Origin: a virus
Lineage: Duplodnaviria > Caudoviricetes
Length of the DNA stretch: 64,000 nucleotides
IMG/VR virus record: IMGVR_UViG_3300030202_003256
Coordinates: 1,388 to 65,387 of that record
Reading direction: 5' to 3' (one strand)
Shown here piece by piece: positions 38,775 through 48,674 of this stretch. The notes under the pieces were generated by a model, which searched no databases, was not told where the DNA came from, and saw only the letters and a program-made list of their open reading frames with translations. The translations under genes and the position numbers were made by a program. Positions within the stretch are counted from its first letter, which is position 1. The number at the start of each line of letters is the position of its first letter.

Positions 38775-39782
38775 ACTGGTAATAACCCAACAAGATAATT
38801 CTTTAACAAAAACCAACTCAACACAACTATCACCATCCAGGTCTATTGTGTCCCATTTATCGTCAATTTTACCTATATCGGATTTTATTATTACGTTAGC
38901 TAATGATTTAACTTTTACTTTGGTGTCTTTACTAGAGTTAAGTGTTAATACACACTCCCCATTAACCACTATTAAATGTTCACCATTAGTTGTATAATCT
39001 TCAGTTATTACTTTAGTTACAGTATCAACCTCTCTTCTTTCATCATAAACACCTACACCATTTTTGTGTAAGTTTTGTATTAAACTCAATAGAGACACAG
39101 ACAAAAGTTTATATTGTATATTATCTGGTCTTCCTTGACCATCATATATTACAAGTTCTTTATAACCTAATTCGTGTAAGTCTTCAGCCATTAAACCAAA
39201 ACTATCTACACCATTTTGTACGTACCTAAAAAAGTAACTATTTAAATCTAATAGTTTATTATAATGTTCGTCTGGTATTTTTCTTAATTCTTGTTTATAC
39301 CTCATAGATGATGAGGCACCTTTTACCACATTACCATCTTCATCTAATTGTAAATCAACAACACCACTCATTAGATTGGCATCTACTAAACCTAATTTAT
39401 TTATCTGTAAGGTACTAGCACTAATACCAGGATTACTAGTTGCCCCACTCAATATCTCCATTGGTGGTTGGTTAAGAGCTATGACGGATGACATACCTGT
39501 TACAGCAGAAAATGCGGTAACTGTGACATTACATGAAGCTGAGGTTGAGGAGTATGCTCCCACAACAAAAGTATATCCAGTTGTACACGCACTACAACCA
39601 CAAGCTGCTCCACCCTCTTCATACCAAGAAGCCGGTTTATAAACAGAAAACGAACCATCACCAGTAATACCAGAATACACATTTAAATTTTGTTCCATCA
39701 ATGTAGAACCAGAAAATCTAGCCGTAGTTTCTGACGGTTGTTTTAGTTGTCTTGAATAATCTACTTTAGTATAAAAAGCCAT
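38751..39782 (-). CDS. Tail fibre/appendage protein with peptidase S74-like chaperone domain
   Basis: SSMRYKQE..FGLMAEDL..ELVIYD..IQY..LL..IQNL. Confidence 0.7.
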   Translation of the reverse strand: MAFYTKVDYSRQLKQPSETTARFSGSTLMEQNLNVYSGITGDGSFSVYKPASWYEEGGAACGCSACTTGYTFVVGAYSSTSASCNVTVTAFSAVTGMSSVIALNQPPMEILSGATSNPGISASTLQINKLGLVDANLMSGVVDLQLDEDGNVVKGASSSMRYKQELRKIPDEHYNKLLDLNSYFFRYVQNGVDSFGLMAEDLHELGYKELVIYDGQGRPDNIQYKLLSVSLLSLIQNLHKNGVGVYDERREVDTVTKVITEDYTTNGEHLIVVNGECVLTLNSSKDTKVKVKSLANVIIKSDIGKIDDKWDTIDLDGDSCVELVFVKELSCWVITSSDGLKNS

Positions 39783-39783
39783 A

Positions 39784-40920
39784 TTATATAACGAATATAG
39801 AACCAGGGTTAACAGGTCGATACCCTAACGATTTATTTAAATTTTCAGCTTCTAGAGCTTTTCTTTCTAACATTTTATCATTTCTTAAACGCTCAAGTCG
39901 AGTCATTAACTCTTCTATTAACTTAGCTACCTCATCTTTAGACTCCGATAATAAATCGGAATATTCCATAGTTAACTCAGAATCTGGGGTTTTTAGATTA
40001 CCTTGGAACTTACCTCTAACCCTACCTAACATTTCTTTAGCTTTGGCAAAAAAGTACCTTCTAACCCAGGCTTGTGCCGGTGGATTCAATCTAGTATAGG
40101 TCATTTCTTCTAAATCTACATCACTAGGTAATAAAACTATATCTTTATTAGCGTCTAAACAATCATCTCTATTCTCTGGACCTGAATCGTAATACCAGTA
40201 CCAAACACGTTCCTGGTTGTACATAATATCACCAAAATCAAATCTACCACCTGGAACATTATAAAGGTGTAAATATTTTGGTCCATGTACACCACCAGCT
40301 CCAGCAGTTATCCTATAACTTAAATCACCACCGATTAGTCTATTTTTAAGGTTTCTATCTTGCATTCGTAAAAGAATATCAAAAGCTGGCATTAAAAAGT
40401 ACGACCCTTGTATACCCATTTGAGCAAAACCACCAGGACCACCCATACCCATACCACCACCCATACCACCAAAAGCACCTAGAAATGGGTCAATAAAAGA
40501 TTCATTTAATTCAGCTCTACTATACCACATAATTTCATTTATTTCTCTTCCAGCAGGTATTTCATAAATTTGTGTACCAGCTGATAATGTGATATAGTCT
40601 TGTTTTAATTGGTAAGGTCCTCCAGCCTGTAGACCAACTATCTTTGAGTATGCGTAAGTAAATGAAGTTTCAAAATCTAAGTCTCTAGTTAAAAAAGCGT
40701 TAGTTAAAGATATAACGGATAAGTCTTGTCCGTATACAGAAGACCATTGATTTTCTATTAACCAGTCCTGTACATATTGTCCATAGTCTAAAATTGAAAT
40801 TTCTAAAGCTGTATCCAACATTTCGTCTTCCAACTCCACACCCCTTAAAGGAGCACCCAACATGTGTCTTATTTGGGTAAATAATTTATCTCTTTTTGCT
40901 GGGTCTATTGTTGCTGGCAT
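39784..40920 (-). CDS. gp13: Neck protein, T4 gp13-like
   Basis: LGAPLRGVEL, WVRRYFFAKAKEMLGRVRGKF. Confidence 0.8.
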   Translation of the reverse strand: MPATIDPAKRDKLFTQIRHMLGAPLRGVELEDEMLDTALEISILDYGQYVQDWLIENQWSSVYGQDLSVISLTNAFLTRDLDFETSFTYAYSKIVGLQAGGPYQLKQDYITLSAGTQIYEIPAGREINEIMWYSRAELNESFIDPFLGAFGGMGGGMGMGGPGGFAQMGIQGSYFLMPAFDILLRMQDRNLKNRLIGGDLSYRITAGAGGVHGPKYLHLYNVPGGRFDFGDIMYNQERVWYWYYDSGPENRDDCLDANKDIVLLPSDVDLEEMTYTRLNPPAQAWVRRYFFAKAKEMLGRVRGKFQGNLKTPDSELTMEYSDLLSESKDEVAKLIEELMTRLERLRNDKMLERKALEAENLNKSLGYRPVNPGSIFVI

Positions 40921-40935
40921 AATTAATCCTTTTTA

Positions 40936-40943
40936 TATAAATA
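40936..40943 (-). promoter_or_regulatory. Putative late promoter TATTTATA
   Basis: 15 nt before ATG 40920. Confidence 0.6.
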
Positions 40944-40957
40944 CTTGGAAGTTGGCA

Positions 40958-40985
40958 TTAAAAAAGGCCCAAGTTAGGACCTTTA
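40958..40985 (-). terminator. Intrinsic terminator
   Basis: Minus strand aaaggtcc-taactt-gggccttt plus T run. Confidence 0.7.
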
Positions 40986-41006
40986 ATAAAATATATGTAT
41001 AAATGT

Positions 41007-41423
41007 TTATTTTTGTTCTTTAATTACTCTTTCTACAATTTTTTTAAGTGTACCTTCACTAATTTTAACAACTTTACCTTCTTTAATACCCGTTAACGCG
41101 TTATACATTTTTCCATGACCTTCAGATTGTTCATTTTTCTTCACAACTTCTTTTTCTTTTTCAGTTTCTTTTTCACTCATTTCAGTATCTACCATATCTT
41201 CATAAATGTCTTCTATATTACGTGCTGCGGCTTTAATCTTTTTTAAGTCAGTAAAGCTTAAAGTAGCGTCACCAGCTTTATGACCAACTAATAGTGATTT
41301 TAGTGATTTTAAAGCTTTATAAGCTTTTTTTAATTCTGATTTGATGTCCGGGTCAACTCTCTCTTCTGTTAACACAGTTAACTGTTTTTTAAGTTGTTTT
41401 TTAGTAAATTCTTTTTTGTTCAT
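41007..41423 (-). CDS. Charged hypothetical protein; possible internal head protein
   Basis: Ends VVKISEGTLKKIVERVIKEQK. Confidence 0.65.
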   Translation of the reverse strand: MNKKEFTKKQLKKQLTVLTEERVDPDIKSELKKAYKALKSLKSLLVGHKAGDATLSFTDLKKIKAAARNIEDIYEDMVDTEMSEKETEKEKEVVKKNEQSEGHGKMYNALTGIKEGKVVKISEGTLKKIVERVIKEQK

Positions 41424-41437
41424 AACAATTGTTTCTA

Positions 41438-41445
41438 TATAAATA
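41438..41445 (-). promoter_or_regulatory. Putative late promoter TATTTATA
   Basis: 14 nt before ATG 41423. Confidence 0.6.
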
Positions 41446-41462
41446 TAAGGAAGTATACGTTT

Positions 41463-43196
41463 TTACAAACCTAGTAAAATTTCACCCAAAATATCTTCTT
41501 CATTAATATTATCACCCATAACAGTATCTATTACAGACTTCTTCTTATTTACCAGTTCATATATAGTTCTTTCTATCGTGTTGTCATAAATAGGATACAT
41601 ACAAGAAACTTTTTTGTCCTGACCAATTCTAAATGCTCTATCTTCACATTGGGACATGTCGGATGGGACAAAAGACAAATCATTAAATATCACAACTTCT
41701 GCTGCGGTCAAAGTAATTCCTACACCAGCAGCCTTAACATTACCAATAAAAACTTTGACTTTATCGTCGTTTTGAAATCTATCTACACTTTCTTGTCGGT
41801 CCTCTTTTTTCATTGTGCCATTCAGAATCACTGACTCCTTTTTATATTTTTCGTGTAGAGACATTAAAGGTTCTGTGAAATTAGTAAACACAATAACTTT
41901 TTTATCTTGTTGTAAACATTGTTCTATTAGTTGTATAGTTTCTTTAACTTTTTCTATTGCAATTATTTGTCTTACCTTCATGAGCTTGGATAGTTGGATG
42001 GAAAGACCTCTATTTCTATTTTGTCTACGCCAGTCCAAGTATTCACCCATTTCATCCTCATATGTCTTGGATTTTAATTCCATATGAATTGGTGTTATTA
42101 TTTTATCTGGTAAATCTAAAACATCTTCTTTTAATCTTCTTAAAACTTTGTCGTTGGTTTTATCACGTAATTCTTCTAGATTAGTAGCACCAAAAGTTAG
42201 CCAAACTTTTCTATACCCCCTAAAAATTTGTTTACCGTCACAATACCTTCTCACATAGTTAATCCAATTATTAGCCACTCTTGAACCCACTAACTTAAGT
42301 AGATTGTAGTAATTCATAGGACGAGAAGTCATTGGGGTACCTGACAACAACCACAATCTATCTATCCTAGTGGTCAAATTATTAACTAATTTAGTTCTTT
42401 GAGCTTTACCATTAGAAACATAATGTGCTTCGTCTATAATAACCAAATCAAATTTAGATTCCATAATTTGTTTTTTCTTATCTTTGTCTTTGGGTAGTGA
42501 GTGAAAGTTTTTAAGTATATCGTAGTTTATAATAATGTATTTACCATCTACCCATTTTTTACCTTCTACTATTCCGATTGTTTCATTAGTATAATTCTCT
42601 ATTTCTCTTTTCCAATTAACTTTTAAGGATGCTGGACAAATAATTAATACTTTTTTTGCCTTACAACTTATACTAGCCATAATAGCAGAACTAGTTTTAC
42701 CTAAACCCATATCATCCGCTAAGATATATTTTTTATTAGATACTAGTTTGGTTATAGCTATTTTTTGGTGGTCAAACGGTGGACGATGAGAAAACTCCCT
42801 AAAATCAACTTTAATATCAGGATTAGCTCTGGGGATAATTTGATTTTTAGGTACCCAAAAAGAGTTTAGGGAATCAGATTCTATTACTTTACCCCAAACA
42901 TGATAAGCCTTCTCAGTTTCACTAAGTAATTTTTCAATCCAAATAGTCTTAGGTGGGGATTGTAAAAATTTTGTCGACATATATTCTTTTGCTAGATAGT
43001 CGTCTATTTCCATCCACAACCTTACAACTTTAGGTTTTTCATCATAATTTTTATTAATATAGTCTACTTGTGAACGTGTAAGTGTAAATGTTTTACTATT
43101 AAGCATATTGTTTTTAAGGCCTATAATGTAGTTATTGGCCCCACTATAATCAGCTAATAAATTCTTAGCTTTAATTTCTGGTGGGAAATTTTCCAT
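41463..43196 (-). CDS. SNF2/HARP-like SF2 helicase
   Basis: LADDMGLGKT, ICPASL, DEAH, LSGTP, GVGITLT, QCEDRAFRIGQ. Confidence 0.93.
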   Translation of the reverse strand: MENFPPEIKAKNLLADYSGANNYIIGLKNNMLNSKTFTLTRSQVDYINKNYDEKPKVVRLWMEIDDYLAKEYMSTKFLQSPPKTIWIEKLLSETEKAYHVWGKVIESDSLNSFWVPKNQIIPRANPDIKVDFREFSHRPPFDHQKIAITKLVSNKKYILADDMGLGKTSSAIMASISCKAKKVLIICPASLKVNWKREIENYTNETIGIVEGKKWVDGKYIIINYDILKNFHSLPKDKDKKKQIMESKFDLVIIDEAHYVSNGKAQRTKLVNNLTTRIDRLWLLSGTPMTSRPMNYYNLLKLVGSRVANNWINYVRRYCDGKQIFRGYRKVWLTFGATNLEELRDKTNDKVLRRLKEDVLDLPDKIITPIHMELKSKTYEDEMGEYLDWRRQNRNRGLSIQLSKLMKVRQIIAIEKVKETIQLIEQCLQQDKKVIVFTNFTEPLMSLHEKYKKESVILNGTMKKEDRQESVDRFQNDDKVKVFIGNVKAAGVGITLTAAEVVIFNDLSFVPSDMSQCEDRAFRIGQDKKVSCMYPIYDNTIERTIYELVNKKKSVIDTVMGDNINEEDILGEILLGL

Positions 43197-43200
43197 ATTA

Positions 43201-43232
43201 AAAATATAATAAAAAGAGAAAAGAAAGACAAA
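43201..43232 (-). promoter_or_regulatory. Host-type promoter for helicase
   Basis: TTTG-N20-TATATTTT, 4 nt before ATG 43196. Confidence 0.55.
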
Positions 43233-43235
43233 TTG

Positions 43236-43243
43236 TATTTATA
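43236..43243 (+). promoter_or_regulatory. Putative late promoter TATTTATA
   Basis: 18 nt before ATG 43262. Confidence 0.6.
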
Positions 43244-43261
43244 ATAAAAGGATACATTAAT

Positions 43262-43777
43262 ATGGCAAATAAAAAAATACCAATTACAAGGATATCAAAA
43301 TTCTTTGGTTCTGAAGATTTTGACCTCGAGCAAAACATGGGAATGGAGTGGTTACATGGTGACATGCATTTTACTTTGGTATTATTTAGGGTGGATTCAA
43401 AGTTGTCAGACGTAGATGATGTTTATGGAGAATCGGGACCTGAAGAAATTAGATACAAACCACCAGTAGAGTTTAATGCTTATGTTAAAATAGATGAACC
43501 ACGATTGGATAGTTACGCTAATGGTTTGGTTAAAGATTTGGAACCGGGTAATATGACACTAGGTGTTTACTTAAAACATTTAGTTGAGTTAGATATCGAC
43601 ATTAATTATGGTGATTATATAGGTTACCCAGAAAAAGAAGATAAAATGAGGTATTATAGTGTAACTAATGATGGAAGAGTAACTTCAGATAATAAACACA
43701 CAATAGGTGGGTATAAGGCTTTTTATAGAACAATAACATGTTCTTATGTAAGTCCAAACGAATTTAAAGGAGTATAA
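43262..43777 (+). CDS. Head closure/neck protein, gp14-like
   Basis: DDVYGES..Y.PPVE and GDYI motifs; upstream of the gp15-like gene. Confidence 0.65.
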   Translation: MANKKIPITRISKFFGSEDFDLEQNMGMEWLHGDMHFTLVLFRVDSKLSDVDDVYGESGPEEIRYKPPVEFNAYVKIDEPRLDSYANGLVKDLEPGNMTLGVYLKHLVELDIDINYGDYIGYPEKEDKMRYYSVTNDGRVTSDNKHTIGGYKAFYRTITCSYVSPNEFKGV

Positions 43778-44850
43778 TGTCATTACCTAAAAAAATAAAA
43801 AAGAATTTAAATATTGCACCTGGACCAATACAAGCACATTACCCACAAGGGTATAATGGTGTTGAGGTACCTAATAGAAGAAAAGAATTATTCGATTTAA
43901 TTAGTGATGACGGTACGTTTTTACCAAAATCTCTATTGCACGCTGATTTGGATAGGGGTATGTTAGATTTTGTACAAAATGAATTACAGACTGTAACTAA
44001 CGGTAAAAAAATAAATGTTATAGATAGAATATTAACATTACAAAGATGGGCAGAATTTTCACAGACTTGGCAATTTAGTACTTCAGATAAAAATGTAGAT
44101 TTACCTTTTGTGGTTGTAGTTAGAAATCCAGATGTACAATACGGTACTAACCCTGCTTTACAATATACAATACCTGATAGAAAACAATTTCATTATGCAA
44201 AAGTACCTACTTGGGATGGTAATAGAAAAGGATATGACGTATACACAATACCCCAACCAGTACCTGTAGATATTATATATGATGTAAAAATAATATGTAA
44301 TAGGATGAGGGAGTTAAATACGTTCAATAAAATAACACTACAAAAGTTTACATCTAGACAAGCTTATACTTTTGTAAAAGGACACTACATCCCAATAGTT
44401 ATGCAATCAATAGGTGATGAAAGTAAAATAGATACGGAAGATAGAAGATACTACCAACAAAGTTACCAATTTCAATTACAAGGATTTTTACTAGATGAAG
44501 AGGAGTTTGAAGTTAAACCCGCTATTAATAGAAGTTTAGTTTTATATGGTTTCGATGAACAAAATAGAAAAAGAGAAAAGAAAAATTTAGGTGAAGAAAA
44601 TCCAGATAAGGTTAGGACTGTTATTGATTTTGATGATGTAACCACAGTAAAGACGATACAATATGTTTATAAAAATGATATTACTGTTATGAGAACTAGT
44701 AATATTGATGGTATCACATTTAGTATTAATGGGGTTATTTTGGATACTCCAATTCAAGTAAAAGGTGGTAACACATTAACAATAACAATAACTAAAACAA
44801 ATCCAGGGGCACCATCAAAATTAATTATACAAGAAAGGTTGGTCAGGTAG
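43777..44850 (+). CDS. Tail terminator/sheath stabiliser, gp15-like
   Basis: LPFVVVVR, PQPVPVDIIYDV; position before sheath. Confidence 0.65.
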   Translation: MSLPKKIKKNLNIAPGPIQAHYPQGYNGVEVPNRRKELFDLISDDGTFLPKSLLHADLDRGMLDFVQNELQTVTNGKKINVIDRILTLQRWAEFSQTWQFSTSDKNVDLPFVVVVRNPDVQYGTNPALQYTIPDRKQFHYAKVPTWDGNRKGYDVYTIPQPVPVDIIYDVKIICNRMRELNTFNKITLQKFTSRQAYTFVKGHYIPIVMQSIGDESKIDTEDRRYYQQSYQFQLQGFLLDEEEFEVKPAINRSLVLYGFDEQNRKREKKNLGEENPDKVRTVIDFDDVTTVKTIQYVYKNDITVMRTSNIDGITFSINGVILDTPIQVKGGNTLTITITKTNPGAPSKLIIQERLVR

Positions 44851-45018
44851 TTATTCCATGTAGATTCCCTTCTTAGGTTTACACTTCTCAATTATTAATC
44901 GTTCAACAAAAGCAAACATCTTTAGTCCATTATTTTTACAGTATTCTTTTAGTAATTTATGTGACTCTAAACTAATCTTAAGATTTTTAATTTTTTGTTT
45001 TTTACTTTGTGAAGACAT
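44851..45018 (-). CDS. Small ribbon-helix-helix-like DNA-binding protein
   Basis: KNLKISLESHKLLKEYC..GLKMFAFVERLI; start MSSQ at 45018. Confidence 0.6.
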   Translation of the reverse strand: MSSQSKKQKIKNLKISLESHKLLKEYCKNNGLKMFAFVERLIIEKCKPKKGIYME

Positions 45019-45035
45019 AGGGTAAGGGTTTTTAC

Positions 45036-45043
45036 AATAAATA
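45036..45043 (-). promoter_or_regulatory. Putative late promoter TATTTATT
   Basis: 17 nt before ATG 45018. Confidence 0.5.
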
Positions 45044-45048
45044 AGGTA

Positions 45049-45081
45049 TTGTATGAAAAAAGTATGAATAATTTCATACAA
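45049..45081. repeat. Inverted repeat / putative operator
   Basis: ttgtatgaaa-N13-tttcatacaa with an extra gtatgaa in the spacer. Confidence 0.6.
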
Positions 45082-45129
45082 CAATCAAATTATCCCCTTT
45101 TACTACGTAACTTTTGTGATTACCTGATG

Positions 45130-45137
45130 TATTTATA
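45130..45137 (+). promoter_or_regulatory. Putative late promoter TATTTATA
   Basis: 39 nt before sheath ATG. Confidence 0.6.
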
Positions 45138-45176
45138 GTAAACGAAAATAAATAATTTTTTAAAAAATAATATAAA

Positions 45177-48100
45177 ATGGCAGACGGTAATAAGGTATTT
45201 GTTTCTCCTGGTGTATATACATCAGAGAAAGATTTAACATTTGTAGCACAAAGTGTTGGTGTTACAACATTAGGTTTGGTTGGTGAAACTTTAAAAGGAC
45301 CAGCCTTTGAACCAATATATATTTCATCTTATGATGACTTTGTAACTAGATTTGGTGGAACATCACCAGAATTATATGTGGATTCTCAAATCCCTAAATA
45401 TGAGTTGGGGTATATTGCAAAATCATATTTAAGTCAATCCAATCAATTGTTCGTAACAAGAGTATTGGGTCTTAGTGGTTATGATGCAGGACCTTCTTGG
45501 TCGGTACAAACAATAGGACAATTAGAACCGTCAGGTCTTGAGCATTCTTATTCTGCTTTAACTTCTTCTTCAGGAACTACAGTACCATTTTTTATACCAC
45601 TTACTGGTGATAGTTATTATTCTGGTACCACAGTTGGTGCCGATGCTTTTACAAGTGCTGCTCTTAGTACACCATTCTGGACAAGTATACCTTCAGAGTT
45701 AACAGGTATTGATTTTGGTTCTTGGTCAGAAACAGGACAAACTATTACATTAAATGACGGTACAACACTTTCTTCATTTAATCAATCATTTTTAAATTGG
45801 GCACAGGCCGCTATAATACTTAGTAGTGATACTCAATTTAACGACGCTTTATCTTCTGGTGATACTGGTGGGTGTACATATGGGGTGGACCCATGTATAC
45901 CAGTAGCCTTAGATGGAACCATATATCAGTATGGTTGTATACCAGAATATTTAACTAATACAGCAACCGGTCTAACAACAGACTCACTATCAGCTTTTAC
46001 ATTTGCAAACTCAACAACAGGAACTAGTTCTAGTGTGAGTAACATACTCTCAACTAATTGTAGTGACTTAACTTCTTATGAAAACGACCCTTGGTATTAT
46101 GGACTATTTGAATATACGGGAAGTACTTCATGTTGTACTGGTACAACATACAGTGGATTGTCATACCAATTATACGCAAGTGGTTATACTTCAGGACTTG
46201 GACAACCTATGGAACAAGCAACTGGTACAACTTTGGATAGTACTGGTGGTACAATTGTTGTTTTATCTGGATACGCTGTTTTCGACATTATAAATTACCA
46301 AGGAGTAACCGCTAATACTGAGTGGGATGGTATGGACATTCTAACATTTAGGTCTAGAGGTTTAAGTTCTCTAGGTAGTGGTGGTCCAGTTTACGCAATA
46401 AGTGCTGATACAGTAGGTAATTTAGAATTTGATTGTAGTGGAGCCTATGAAGCGGTACTTGAAGACCCATTTGCTACATTTGGAATTAGTGCAAGAACTG
46501 ACGAAGGTAATGTTTATACTTTTGAAACTTCTATGTCTAATACAGCTCAGAATTTTGCACCTAGAGTATTCGGTAGAAGTCCTTTTGATAAAAAACAAGT
46601 TGACGTACCTGTTTTTGTTGAGGAGGCTTACCCAACAATACTTAATATTGGTAGAAAATTAGGTAAAGTTAGAGGGTTACAGTGTTGTTTACAATATTTA
46701 CCAGCAGCAAGAGAAACGGTTAACACAAATACTATAGCTTGGTACATGAATCAATGGGAAACACCTGAAACACCTTACATAGTATCTGAATTACAAGGTA
46801 GTGATGTGTTTAGATTATTTAAATTTGTTTCTATATCTGATGGTACAGCAGCAAATAGAGAATATAAAGTTTCTATAGTTAATCTTTCGTTTGAAAGAGC
46901 TGAATTTGATATAATCGTAAGAGATTTCTACGATACTGACGCAAATCCAGTTGTGTTAGAGAAATTTACTAGATGTAGTCTAGACCCAACTAAGGTATCT
47001 TTCGTTGGTAGAAAAATAGGTACTTCTACTGGTGAATTCGAGTTAAGGTCCAAATATACTATGTTATACCCAACAGAAGCTTTACTAGATGGTACATATA
47101 CCGGTTCTTTACCAGCTGGTTTTGAGGGTTACAGATTTAGAAGATACGGTAATTGTGGTGTAAACCCAAAAATTATATATAAAACAAAATACTTAAACCC
47201 AGGTGAAGTAGTATTTGACCCACCTTATGGCTCAACTACTGGTAATAATGTAATAAGAAGTGGTGGTGATAAAGTTAGTAAAGTCTATTTAGGTGTGTCT
47301 AATAGTACAGGAGCCGGATATGATGCTGACTTCTTTGACTTCAAAGGATATCTACCACCAACAAACATTTGTACAGGAACTGCTGGTTCACAATGGGATG
47401 TAATAACTAAAGGATTCCACATGGATTCTGGAGCCACAGTAGTACTAGGTGGTGTAGGAACTTATTTAAACTGGTCAGCTACAACATTAAATGATAAACC
47501 TATTTTTGATGTAGGGGCTGGACAATTTAATACAGAACCTACTTTAAGTACTGAACCTTATAAATCATTGAGGTCACGTAAATTTACAATAGCACCTCAT
47601 GGTGGTTTTGACGGATTTGACATTTATAGAAAAACTAGGTCTAATACTGACGACTACAGAATGGGACTTACAGGTTTCTTAAACGGAGCTTGTACTAGTG
47701 CGGATTTCCCTACAGCAACTGGAGATGGTTCATTTAAAAAACTTAATACAACGGAAGCTAATACAGATTATTTCGCTTACCTAAGAGGTATAAATGAATT
47801 TAGTAATCCAGAATCTGTAGATATTAATGTATTTGCAACACCGGGAATTGACTACGTGGATAATTTAGGTTTGGTAAATGAGTCTATAGATATGGTAGAA
47901 ACTGATAGAGCTGATTCATTATATATAACAACAACACCAGATTATAACATGTTTGTAACAACAAATTCTGACCCAGCAAATCAGGTAACACCTGATGAAG
48001 CGGTAGATAATATAGAAGATTCTTTAATAGACTCTAACTATACAGCAACTTATTATCCTTGGGTTCAGATTAGAGACGCAGCAAATAACAAACAACTCTA

Positions 48101-48653
48101 CATACCACCAACGGCTGAGGTTATGAGAAATATAGCTTTAACAGATAATATTTCTTTCCCATGGTTCGCATCGGCAGGTTATACAAGAGGTTTAGTTAAC
48201 GCGGTTAAAGCAAGAAAGAAATTAACTTTAGATGAAAGAGACACTTTATATGTTGGTAGACTTAACCCAATCGCTACATTTAGTGATACGGGACCAATTA
48301 TTTGGGGTAATAAAACACTACAAATTAGAGAGTCTGCTTTGGATAGAATTAATGTACGAAGATTGTTATTACAAACTAGAAAATTAATTTCAGCGGTAGC
48401 AGTAAGATTAATATTTGAACAAAATGATGACGTGGTTAGACAACAGTTCTTAGACTTAGTAAACCCAATCTTAGACTCGATTAGAAGAGATAGAGGTTTA
48501 ACAGACTTTAGAGTTGTACTTTCAAATGACCCAGAAGAAATAGATAGAAATGAAATGAATGGTAAGATATACATTAAGCCAACAAGAGCTTTAGAGTATA
48601 TATTCGTTGAGTTCTTGATAACACCTACGGGGGCTTCTTTTGAGGATATATAG
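45177..48653 (+). CDS. gp18: Contractile tail sheath protein with large insertion
   Basis: VSPGVYTSEKD, TYYPWV, PWFASAG..RG, WGNKTLQ, DRINVRRLL, IKPTRALEYI. Confidence 0.95.
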   Translation: MADGNKVFVSPGVYTSEKDLTFVAQSVGVTTLGLVGETLKGPAFEPIYISSYDDFVTRFGGTSPELYVDSQIPKYELGYIAKSYLSQSNQLFVTRVLGLSGYDAGPSWSVQTIGQLEPSGLEHSYSALTSSSGTTVPFFIPLTGDSYYSGTTVGADAFTSAALSTPFWTSIPSELTGIDFGSWSETGQTITLNDGTTLSSFNQSFLNWAQAAIILSSDTQFNDALSSGDTGGCTYGVDPCIPVALDGTIYQYGCIPEYLTNTATGLTTDSLSAFTFANSTTGTSSSVSNILSTNCSDLTSYENDPWYYGLFEYTGSTSCCTGTTYSGLSYQLYASGYTSGLGQPMEQATGTTLDSTGGTIVVLSGYAVFDIINYQGVTANTEWDGMDILTFRSRGLSSLGSGGPVYAISADTVGNLEFDCSGAYEAVLEDPFATFGISARTDEGNVYTFETSMSNTAQNFAPRVFGRSPFDKKQVDVPVFVEEAYPTILNIGRKLGKVRGLQCCLQYLPAARETVNTNTIAWYMNQWETPETPYIVSELQGSDVFRLFKFVSISDGTAANREYKVSIVNLSFERAEFDIIVRDFYDTDANPVVLEKFTRCSLDPTKVSFVGRKIGTSTGEFELRSKYTMLYPTEALLDGTYTGSLPAGFEGYRFRRYGNCGVNPKIIYKTKYLNPGEVVFDPPYGSTTGNNVIRSGGDKVSKVYLGVSNSTGAGYDADFFDFKGYLPPTNICTGTAGSQWDVITKGFHMDSGATVVLGGVGTYLNWSATTLNDKPIFDVGAGQFNTEPTLSTEPYKSLRSRKFTIAPHGGFDGFDIYRKTRSNTDDYRMGLTGFLNGACTSADFPTATGDGSFKKLNTTEANTDYFAYLRGINEFSNPESVDINVFATPGIDYVDNLGLVNESIDMVETDRADSLYITTTPDYNMFVTTNSDPANQVTPDEAVDNIEDSLIDSNYTATYYPWVQIRDAANNKQLYIPPTAEVMRNIALTDNISFPWFASAGYTRGLVNAVKARKKLTLDERDTLYVGRLNPIATFSDTGPIIWGNKTLQIRESALDRINVRRLLLQTRKLISAVAVRLIFEQNDDVVRQQFLDLVNPILDSIRRDRGLTDFRVVLSNDPEEIDRNEMNGKIYIKPTRALEYIFVEFLITPTGASFEDI

Positions 48654-48661
48654 TATTTATA
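48654..48661 (+). promoter_or_regulatory. Putative late promoter TATTTATA
   Basis: 13 nt before ATG 48675. Confidence 0.6.
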
Positions 48662-48674
48662 ATAAAATAGTGAT

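Noticed and set aside
40430-40480. ccacccata repeats in gp13
   Set aside because: They encode a Gly/Met low-complexity loop (GGMGGGMGMGG), not a DNA-level element
36030-43196. Inteins or introns in polymerase and helicase
   Set aside because: Motifs are contiguous with ordinary spacing; no splice-junction or homing-endonuclease signatures seen
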